Part shown: positions 1 through 6,059 of the stretch, piece by piece
How the letters are laid out: each line of letters begins with the position of its first letter
How positions within the stretch are numbered: position 1 is the first letter of the stretch
Origin: a virus
Taxonomy: Duplodnaviria; Caudoviricetes
Direction: 5' to 3' (one strand)
IMG/VR virus record: IMGVR_UViG_3300048999_000131
Location: 1 to 28,462 of that record
DNA: 28,462 bases
Made by a program: the position numbers and the translations under genes
The notes under the pieces: model-generated
Told to the model about the DNA's origin: nothing
The model's input: only the letters and a program-made list of their open reading frames with translations
Database searches by the model: none

Positions 1-2
1 GC

Positions 3-686
3 CAGGCGTACATCATGTCCGGCACCGAGGGCGAAGTCCGTGTGACTCCGTTCGAGGGCAAGCGTGTTCCGGTGCGGTTCTTCCGCATCGCCTCGCGTCC
101 CGCGATCCGCAAGGAGGACCTGTTCTACCTGCGTATCAACGCGGTCGAGCAGGCCCAGGACGAGACCAAGCAGGCGATCCTCAAGCAGGAGGACACTCGC
201 CTGCTCGTCCTGCTCCAGGCCGCGCTGACGGACTACGCCACGCGCCCGGACCACACGGTCACCCCGAACCACAACATCACCGAGGCGTCGGGCTACCTGA
301 CGCCGGGGTCGCTGTACTCGGCCGTCGCGATGACGGACATGCACGAGCTTCAGAGCGCGCGCATCCTCATCAACCCGTTCGACTTCCGCGACCTCTACCG
401 CTGGGACATCAACCAGACGGGCTGGGCCTTCAAGGACCGGGTCGTCGCGGGCGAGACCATCACCTCGTTCGGTGAGTTCCAGATCCAGCGGTCGATCATC
501 GTGCCCCAGGGCAAGGTGTTCCTCACGCCGGAGCCCAACTTCTTGGGCGTTTTCCCCGTTCTGTACAGCTTGGACGTGGAAGAGAACCATATGGTCGAAG
601 CGTTCTGGAAGGGATGGGTATTCGACGAGATGGTCAACATGTCGATCCTCAACCCCCGGGGCATCGCGACCATCACCAAGGCCTAG
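3..686 (+). CDS. Major capsid protein, 3' part (5'-truncated by window)
   Basis: Frame is open from the window start (QAYIMSGTEGEVRVTPFEGKRV...). Ends with a capsid-like C-terminus (WVFDEMVNMSILNPRGIATITKA) followed by a strong hairpin, and lies upstream of head-tail and tail genes. Confidence 0.8.
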   Translation, partial: QAYIMSGTEGEVRVTPFEGKRVPVRFFRIASRPAIRKEDLFYLRINAVEQAQDETKQAILKQEDTRLLVLLQAALTDYATRPDHTVTPNHNITEASGYLTPGSLYSAVAMTDMHELQSARILINPFDFRDLYRWDINQTGWAFKDRVVAGETITSFGEFQIQRSIIVPQGKVFLTPEPNFLGVFPVLYSLDVEENHMVEAFWKGWVFDEMVNMSILNPRGIATITKA

Positions 687-704
687 CAGGGCCCCTGACC
701 TGCC

Positions 705-740
705 GAAAGGCCCCCTCGGATCTCTCCGAGGGGGCCTTTC
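705..740. terminator. GC-rich hairpin: probable capsid terminator and 3' hairpin of repeat unit A on the minus strand
   Basis: GAAAGGCCCCCTCGGA-tctc-TCCGAGGGGGCCTTTC, a perfect 16-bp stem. Confidence 0.85.
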
Positions 741-815
741 CCATGCCTTGCCGCACCCAACCATGCCCTACCATGCCAAGCCCCGCGTTGCCGAGACCCT
801 GATGCTATCAGGGTC
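705..815 (-). ncRNA. GGY-NN pentamer repeat unit A (putative guide RNA)
   Basis: Minus strand: palindrome GACCCTGA-TAGCA-TCAGGGTC (815-795), then TC GGC-AA CGC-GG GGC-TT GGC-AT GGT-AG GGC-AT GGT-TG GGT-GC GGC-AA GGC-AT GG, then hairpin 740-705. Confidence 0.8.
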
Positions 816-821
816 ATGACT

Positions 822-941
822 GAGGGCGCCACCCCGAAGGATGACGCCCTCCCATGCCATGCCGTGCCGATCCCCGCCTGGCCGCACCATGCCGTGCCCT
901 GCCACGCCGCTCCGGGACAAGCCTTGATGACCTTGACTCTA
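822..941 (-). ncRNA. GGY-NN pentamer repeat unit B (about 15 NN)
   Basis: Plus strand reads NN-RCC repeats at 852-925 (NN = AT AT GT GA CC TG GC AT GT CT AC GC GG AA TT). Hairpin at 822-851 and its own promoter at 965-936. Confidence 0.8.
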
Positions 942-965
942 TACAACCCCATGCACTTCTGTCAA
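936..965 (-). promoter_or_regulatory. Sigma70/HrdB-type promoter driving unit B
   Basis: Minus strand TTGACA (965-960), 18-nt spacer, TAGAGT (941-936). Confidence 0.8.
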
Positions 966-969
966 CGAC

Positions 970-1084
970 GAAGGGGCCTCCCGTAGGAAGCCCCTTCTCC
1001 TTGCCATGCCTCACCAAGCCTGGCCGCGTCTTGCCAGACCTCGCCCAGCCTCGCCATGCCCCGATGACCCTGACTCTATCAGGG
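970..1084 (-). ncRNA. GGY-NN pentamer repeat unit C (about 13 NN)
   Basis: Hairpin 970-997. NN-RCC tract 999-1062 (TT AT TC AA TG GC TT AG TC CA TC AT CC). Palindrome CCCTGA-CTCTA-TCAGGG at 1068-1084. Confidence 0.8.
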
Positions 1085-1108
1085 CCTGGTAGGGTAGCGC
1101 CACCCCAT

Positions 1109-1182
1109 GGTGGATGTAGCTCAGCAGGTAGAGCCCCTGGTTGTGGTCCAGGAAGTCGCGGGTTCAAGTCCCGTCATTCACC
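1109..1182 (+). tRNA. tRNA-His (GTG)
   Basis: Acceptor stem GTGGATG/CATTCAC plus the G-1:C73 pair typical of bacterial tRNA-His. D arm GCTC/GAGC, anticodon arm CCTGG-TTGTGGT-CCAGG (GTG at 1143-1145), T arm GCGGG-TTCAAGT-CCCGT. CCA is not encoded. Confidence 0.95.
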
Positions 1183-1191
1183 CTCAACGAC

Positions 1192-1346
1192 GAGAACCCC
1201 CTCAGTGAGGGGGCTCTCTCCATGTCCTGCCACGCCATACCCAGCCCAGCCCGACCGTGCCAAGCCCGTCCGGGCCATGCCGCACCTAACCGGGCCTTGC
1301 GGTGCCGTGCCCCGCCTAGCCTCTGCCCCTGACTCTATCAGGGGCA
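1192..1346 (-). ncRNA. GGY-NN pentamer repeat unit D (about 21 NN, the longest)
   Basis: Hairpin 1192-1218. Tract 1219-1323 (AT CT AC AT CA CA CG GT AA CG GG AT GC TA GG TT GT GT CC TA TC). Palindrome TGCCCCTGA-CTCTA-TCAGGGGCA at 1324-1346. Confidence 0.8.
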
Positions 1347-1350
1347 TGAC

Positions 1351-1453
1351 GAAGGGGCCACCCGGAGGTGACCCCTTCTCCCTGCCGTGCCACGCCGTGC
1401 CAAACCTGGCCCAACCATGCCACACCACACCCCGCCTAGCCGTACCTCGCGGA
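1351..1453 (-). ncRNA. GGY-NN pentamer repeat unit E (about 15 NN)
   Basis: Hairpin 1351-1378. Tract 1379-1453 (CT GT AC GT AA TG CA AT AC AC CC TA GT TC GA). No palindromic leader; it starts about 18 nt after the stop codon at 1471. Confidence 0.75.
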
Positions 1454-1470
1454 GGTCGTACAGAGGGCCG

Positions 1471-2022
1471 CTACTGCTCCAACTGCTCCGGGATGGCCGT
1501 ACCCCTCAGAGCCTTCTCCAGACGGCTCAGACGGTCGTCCAGACCCGCCACGTCCGCTTTGGTCTCCCGGCGTACCTGCTTCAGCGCCTCCTCGGTCTTC
1601 TGCTGGCGCCGGGTCAGCGACCGGACCATGGTCTGGACCGCACCGAGTTTTTGGGACGTCGCGACGATGACTTCACGCGTTGCCGGGGAAACGTCGTTCA
1701 GGTCGGTGTTGTCCAGGACTCCACGGGCCTTGACCAACTGCTTCGCGGCCTTGCGGGAATGGTCCCGGGAGATCCCGACGTGGGACTCCGCATCCACGAT
1801 CTCGTAGCCGATGCCCTGCTTGTTCTTCAGGGTGCGGTGGTCCAGCTCCAGGAGTTTCTTCTTCGCCTGGTAGTACGGGCTCCGGTCCTCGCGGACGTCG
1901 TACCCGAGCCACTCGGAGAGCTGGGCGTAGGTGACAACATCACCCGTACGCAGCTCTACGAGCTGTTCGTACACAGTGACCCAGCGAGCCCTGTCGCCGT
2001 TCGGGGAGAACGGAGTGCGCAT
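1471..2022 (-). CDS. Hypothetical 183-aa protein with a winged-HTH-like N-terminus and coiled-coil C-terminus; partner of the RAMP-like gene
   Basis: ATG at 2022 lies 2 nt after the stop of 2025-2603. Contains TGDVVTYAQLSEWLG...GIGYEIV and a heptad-like C-terminus. Confidence 0.7.
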   Translation of the reverse strand: MRTPFSPNGDRARWVTVYEQLVELRTGDVVTYAQLSEWLGYDVREDRSPYYQAKKKLLELDHRTLKNKQGIGYEIVDAESHVGISRDHSRKAAKQLVKARGVLDNTDLNDVSPATREVIVATSQKLGAVQTMVRSLTRRQQKTEEALKQVRRETKADVAGLDDRLSRLEKALRGTAIPEQLEQ

Positions 2023-2024
2023 GA

Positions 2025-2603
2025 TCAGTCCTCGATCTTCTCGACCACGGCCTCGAACCGGCCGAAGCGGGGACGGTAGTCGCCGAGGCCGATCATGACC
2101 CCGGCCTTCTCGGCGATCTCGGTGAAGGTGGGCAGGTCGATCTGGCCGTTGTCCACCAGGAAGTCGGCTTCCGTCACCCAGGTCCGGAACATCGGACGGG
2201 TGCGCATGACGCGGGAAGTGGTGACACCGACGGAGAGGCGCGAGACGAAGTTCTTGTCGGCCCACATTTCGTCAATGGCGCGAGGACCGTGGTAGCCGAC
2301 GGGGCAGACCTCGTCCAGTGCGATCACACCGCGCTCCACGTGACGGCCGAGCTTGTTGAGCTTGGCCGCCTCCACCAGGCACCGGTGGATGTTGATGCCC
2401 GGGATATAGGGACCGGCCGCCTCGTCGAAGTACAGGCCGCCCTCGAACTCGATCCGGGCCATGCGCTCCTGGTCGTCGTCCGTCTTCGTGCGCTTGGACG
2501 AGACCTCCTTCAGGCGCTTGGTGATGGGGTCGAGCGGGTCGGACAGACGCGCGTTGTGCATGAGGAGCGCGGTCGAACCGGTGATGTTCATTCGGACCTT
2601 CAT
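2025..2603 (-). CDS. Stand-alone Cas7/RAMP-like RNA-binding protein (Vipr-like), 192 aa
   Basis: N-terminal strand with ITGSTALLMHN, a YIPGINIHRCLVEAA segment, RVMRTRPMF and a C-terminal glycine loop IGLGDYRPRFGRF, in the order seen in RAMP/Cas7-group proteins. RBS AAGGAGG. Flanked by repeat units. Confidence 0.7.
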   Translation of the reverse strand: MKVRMNITGSTALLMHNARLSDPLDPITKRLKEVSSKRTKTDDDQERMARIEFEGGLYFDEAAGPYIPGINIHRCLVEAAKLNKLGRHVERGVIALDEVCPVGYHGPRAIDEMWADKNFVSRLSVGVTTSRVMRTRPMFRTWVTEADFLVDNGQIDLPTFTEIAEKAGVMIGLGDYRPRFGRFEAVVEKIED

Positions 2604-2642
2604 AGGCCCTCCTTGCGGAGTCGGTGATCTCTGGCGTCTCCG

Positions 2643-2672
2643 ACATTACTACAAGAAATCCTGGAGCGTCAA
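2643..2672 (-). promoter_or_regulatory. Sigma70-type promoter for the RAMP-like operon
   Basis: Minus strand TTGACG (2672-2667), 18-nt spacer, TAATGT (2648-2643), about 40 nt upstream of ATG 2603. Confidence 0.65.
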
Positions 2673-2676
2673 TGAC

Positions 2677-2788
2677 GAAGGGCCCCGGATTTTAAACTCT
2701 GGGGCCCTTCTCCATGCGGTGCCTTACCCGGCCCGGCCCTGCCTAGCGATGCCACGCCGCGCCACGAGGGCTTCACTTTATCAGGGTC
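2677..2788 (-). ncRNA. GGY-NN pentamer repeat unit F (about 11 NN)
   Basis: Hairpin 2677-2710. Tract 2711-2767 (AT GT TT CG CG CT TA AT AC GC AC). Degenerate leader GACCCTGATAAAGTG on the minus strand, overlapping the stop of the HTH gene. Confidence 0.78.
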
Positions 2789-3077
2789 ATTCCGGTTCTG
2801 GATAGGCATCCTCGCGTCGCTTGCGCGGGGTGACGTGGATGCCCGTCTGCCGACGCCATTTCTTCTCGAACTCCTCGACGTCACGGAGGAGCCAGATGCG
2901 TCCGCAGTCGAGCTTCTTCCAGTGGGGGCAGCGGGCCTCGGTGATCTCGCTGACACGCTGCTTCGAGACGTGCCAGCGCTTCGACAGCTCAGACAGACCG
3001 AGCACATCCATCGTCGTGAGATCGACGAGGACGGGCCCGGACTCCTCTGTGGTCTCTTCCAGGGATGCGGTGCTCAT
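2787..3077 (-). CDS. Small HTH DNA-binding protein (AlpA/Xis-like)
   Basis: DVLGLSELSKRWHVSKQRVSEI...LDCGRIWLLRDVEEF fits an HTH-plus-wing pattern. The start codon is uncertain (3077, or the later Met of MDVLG). Confidence 0.65.
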   Translation of the reverse strand: MSTASLEETTEESGPVLVDLTTMDVLGLSELSKRWHVSKQRVSEITEARCPHWKKLDCGRIWLLRDVEEFEKKWRRQTGIHVTPRKRREDAYPEPE

Positions 3078-3160
3078 GGGATCAAGGATCTCACATGGGG
3101 TTGACATTGTCATGGTCTGCGATGCATGCTGATGGTGCTTCACTCGCGAGCCCCCAATGC

Positions 3161-3193
3161 AGAAGCCCCGGCACCCCCCCCGCCGGGGCTTCT
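3161..3193. terminator. Hairpin at the island boundary
   Basis: AGAAGCCCCGGC-N9-GCCGGGGCTTCT. Confidence 0.7.
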
Positions 3194-3196
3194 TGC

Positions 3197-3230
3197 TGTT
3201 CGATCGCCTGTGACTCCGCGTAAGGGGTGA
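3197..3230 (+). promoter_or_regulatory. Putative phage late promoter motif (variant copy)
   Basis: TGTT-N20-TAAGGGGTGA, with the same spacing as the five other copies. Confidence 0.55.
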
Positions 3231-3257
3231 GAGAACCCCAGCTTTCGAGGAGTCACC

Positions 3258-3791
3258 ATGCCTGTCGGCGCGATCGTTGCCCGTAACCGGATGGACGGAG
3301 TGACCGTCCTCGCATCGGACGTCAAGGGCTCCCACTCAGTGGAGTGGGCAGCCCTCGGCGACCCCAGCGGAGACGACATCCAGTTCATCCCCAACGAGGT
3401 CCTGGAGTCGGTCGCCTTCCGCCGCGCGGTGTCGCGCGGGATCGTGGAGATCATGGAAGACGAGTCGGACCCGGACGTCGTCGGAGCCCTCGCAGCGCAG
3501 GTGGCCGCCTTCAAGCGGCGCCAGGAAGGCGCCAAGGAGGACGTGCAGGTCACGATCGACAGGCCGACGAGCCGCGACTCCCTCTCCGTCTTCTGCGTCG
3601 GTCCCGACTCCCGGGGTATCGGAAAGTGCGGACAGGCGGTGGCCGTCCCCGAGAAGCAGCTCAAGGACGTACCTCCGCTCTGCACCCAGCACAAGCATCT
3701 CGCCGCCCAGTTCGTCCCCGAGGTCGTCAACGGGGCCGAGGACAAGGTGGAATGGGTGCACGTCACCCTCGGCGCGCGCGAGCGCCTCTAG
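3258..3791 (+). CDS. Hypothetical protein of the head module (C-terminal Cys/His cluster)
   Basis: RBS GAGGAG, high-GC3 codon usage, C...C...CxxH near the C-terminus. Confidence 0.7.
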   Translation: MPVGAIVARNRMDGVTVLASDVKGSHSVEWAALGDPSGDDIQFIPNEVLESVAFRRAVSRGIVEIMEDESDPDVVGALAAQVAAFKRRQEGAKEDVQVTIDRPTSRDSLSVFCVGPDSRGIGKCGQAVAVPEKQLKDVPPLCTQHKHLAAQFVPEVVNGAEDKVEWVHVTLGARERL

Positions 3792-3809
3792 GACCCGGAG
3801 GAGAACGAC

Positions 3810-4496
3810 ATGACGGAGAAGAACGACGAAGTTCCCGAGGACGCCAAGCGGGACTCCCAGGGGGTCCCCTACGGCACCGGTGACGAGACGGGCCAGAAGA
3901 CGTACGTCCGCGAGGGTGACACCCCCGTGGACACGGATCAGTCAGACCGGCCGGAGCCCAAGGGCTACTACGAGAGCCTCGATCACGTTCCGGACCCCAC
4001 GGCCATGACCGGGACCCTGGAGACCAGCGGTACCGGCGGAGGTGCTCACGAGACCCTGCGGGGCACCACGGGTGTCTTCGACGACCTGTCGCCGGTCGTG
4101 GAGCAGAACGGTCTCCCCCTGTACGGCGCGGACGCGGTCCAGGCCCTCTCGGGGGACTCCACCGGCCAGCCCTCTCCCCACGGGGGTGCGGACGCCCAGG
4201 TCTCCCAGAAGTCCGCCGGACCCGAGAGCGCGTCCTACAACGAGAACGTCATCGCCGGAGGCGGAGATCCCAACCTCCGCCAGAGCGGTGAGCCCGCAGG
4301 AGCCTTCACGACCGCTGTGACGGTCCAGGAGGACCCGGAGGGCACCGGAGCCCAGGAAGAGGGTGACGACGGCTCCAAGGAGCAGTCAGAGCCCGAGACG
4401 AAGGCTCCGGCGAAGAAGACCGCCGCGAAGAAGACGACGGCCGCCGCTCGTAAGACCTCTACGGTCGAGCCGACCGACGACACCAAGAACGCCTGA
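3810..4496 (+). CDS. Hypothetical acidic, low-complexity protein with a basic PAKKTAAKK tail
   Basis: RBS GGAGGAG; typical codon bias. Confidence 0.7.
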   Translation: MTEKNDEVPEDAKRDSQGVPYGTGDETGQKTYVREGDTPVDTDQSDRPEPKGYYESLDHVPDPTAMTGTLETSGTGGGAHETLRGTTGVFDDLSPVVEQNGLPLYGADAVQALSGDSTGQPSPHGGADAQVSQKSAGPESASYNENVIAGGGDPNLRQSGEPAGAFTTAVTVQEDPEGTGAQEEGDDGSKEQSEPETKAPAKKTAAKKTTAAARKTSTVEPTDDTKNA

Positions 4497-4515
4497 CCCG
4501 TAGGGGAGCAGAGCC

Positions 4516-5919
4516 ATGACGACACCGCCCGGATACGCGGGTAGCAATACCGACACCTCGGGCGTGTCCGGAAACTCCGGCCCTGCTTCCCGGGGGACCC
4601 AGGACCGTTCCTCGAACCAGGAGACCGCCACTCCGGCGGGGTACGGAGGCGACCCGGACACCGGTCTCGCTCCCGACCCCAACACGGCGGTCACCGGTAC
4701 CCCGGACACCTCGGGCACCAACGCCTCGAACGGTCCTTACACCCCCACGCCGCCCCCGCTCCTGAGCGGGACCGTCGACACCCAGCTCCTGGGCTGGCCC
4801 CAGACCCCGGGTGTCACCCAGGCCTACCGGGCTCCCACCCAGGGTGTCGGGTACATCAACGGCACCGGCGCGGCCGACACCACCTGGACCGACCGTCCGA
4901 TCTCGGACGGCTCCGTGCGTACGGACTACGTCCAGAACATGACGGGCACCCAGGACTCGTACACGATCGGCGCCAACGGCGCGAACGGACCCGGGACCAG
5001 CTCCCTCGTCCCGGTCGCTCCTTCCGGCACTCCGACGGTGGCCACCGGCCCCCGCTCGGTGACGGTCACCTGGGCCACCGTGGCCGACCCGGACCCCACC
5101 GCCCCCGTGCTCGGGTACGTCATCCTGGGCTCCACCGGCGGTACGACCTTCGTCGGCGACGGCAACACCTCGGTCGTGGTGACCAACCTGGTTCCCGGCC
5201 AGCTCTACAAGTTCCAGGTGGCCGCGCGGAACAAGAACGGCACCGGTCCGTACGGAACCATCTCCGCCACGGTCACGCCGTACAACCCGGACGAGGCCGA
5301 CGTCAACAAGCCCGGCGGCCTGGACCCGTACTGGAAGCAGAACCCGATCTACAACGCGGACGGCACGATCAAGTCCGGATCGGGTACGTCGGGCAAGCCC
5401 GGAGCGCCCACCTCGGTGGTCCTCTCCGGTACTACGACCCCCGGCGTCGTCAACGTCGCCTGGACGGCCCCGGCCTCCGGCGGCACGATCCTGAGCTACA
5501 CCGTGACCCTCTCCAGCGGGCAGACCAAGTCCATCCCGACGGGGACCACCACGGCGCAGTTCACCGGCGTCACCAGCGCGACGGCCATCACCGCCACGGT
5601 CACCTCGGAGGGCGCGGTCATGGACGCCACCTCCACGGCGTCGGCCGCCTTCGGCAAGCCGACCGCTCCTGCGGCTCCGACGATCACGAGCCCCTCGACC
5701 GGGACCGTCCACTGCGTGTGGACCGCTCCGTCCTCGGGTGCTCCGCTGAACTACATCGTCACCCTCTCCAACGCCCACACCCACACGGTCGCGGGCAACG
5801 TGCTCACCTACGACTTCACGGGTGAGACCACGGGTGCCTCGGTGACCGCCACGGTGGGCGCACAGGGGTCGGTCTCCACGACCACCTCCGCCGCGTCCAG
5901 CTCGGTCACGGTCGCCTGA
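4516..5919 (+). CDS. Fibronectin type III repeat virion protein (head or tail decoration)
   Basis: Three Fn3-like modules (VTVTWAT...GYVI...VTNLVPGQLYKFQVAARN; VNVAWTAP...YTVT; VHCVWTAP...YIVT); Thr/Gly/Pro-rich. Confidence 0.8.
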   Translation: MTTPPGYAGSNTDTSGVSGNSGPASRGTQDRSSNQETATPAGYGGDPDTGLAPDPNTAVTGTPDTSGTNASNGPYTPTPPPLLSGTVDTQLLGWPQTPGVTQAYRAPTQGVGYINGTGAADTTWTDRPISDGSVRTDYVQNMTGTQDSYTIGANGANGPGTSSLVPVAPSGTPTVATGPRSVTVTWATVADPDPTAPVLGYVILGSTGGTTFVGDGNTSVVVTNLVPGQLYKFQVAARNKNGTGPYGTISATVTPYNPDEADVNKPGGLDPYWKQNPIYNADGTIKSGSGTSGKPGAPTSVVLSGTTTPGVVNVAWTAPASGGTILSYTVTLSSGQTKSIPTGTTTAQFTGVTSATAITATVTSEGAVMDATSTASAAFGKPTAPAAPTITSPSTGTVHCVWTAPSSGAPLNYIVTLSNAHTHTVAGNVLTYDFTGETTGASVTATVGAQGSVSTTTSAASSSVTVA

Positions 5920-5934
5920 CCCGAGACGAGCAAG

Positions 5935-5968
5935 GAGAAGCCCCGGGACCTGACTCCCGGGGCTTCTC
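5935..5968 (+). terminator. Intrinsic terminator-like hairpin
   Basis: GAGAAGCCCCGGGA-cctgac-TCCCGGGGCTTCTC just after the Fn3 gene. Confidence 0.8.
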
Positions 5969-6000
5969 GCACTTCTGTTGGTAGCACTCTCACCCCCTCC

Positions 6001-6034
6001 TGTCGATCCTCCCGGATCACCCGGGAAGGGGTGA
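6001..6034 (+). promoter_or_regulatory. Putative late promoter motif
   Basis: TGTC-N20-GAAGGGGTGA. Confidence 0.65.
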
Positions 6035-6059
6035 GGACCCACGAGAGGAACGGGAGCGG

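Noticed and set aside
852-925. Unit B read as (K/N)(F/L)PAV(S/R)TIA, similar to PSVTTI exonuclease starts
   Set aside because: Too degenerate to support a target call.
1109-1182. tRNA as a prophage attachment site
   Set aside because: No integrase or duplicated tRNA 3' end in the window, and phage structural genes continue on both sides.
705-1453. Canonical CRISPR array
   Set aside because: No identical 25-40 nt repeats with unique spacers; the conserved element is a 3-nt motif every 5 nt, and there is no cas1/cas2.
741-1453. Simple microsatellite or slippage repeat
   Set aside because: NN positions are highly diverse rather than copied from neighbours, tracts are bounded by conserved leaders and hairpins, and two decode to adjacent genes.
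683-1807. ORFs over the repeat region (683-952, 814-1167, 854-1807, 1174-1428) with ARHG/PCRA-like repeats
   Set aside because: They are translation artefacts of the 5-nt periodic tracts, overlap a tRNA and hairpins, and lack RBS or codon bias.
1790-1825. Partial gapped match of the middle of unit D to KQGIGYEIVDA in the partner gene
   Set aside because: About 16/22 with mismatches in six of eleven pairs, chosen after the fact; not distinguishable from chance.
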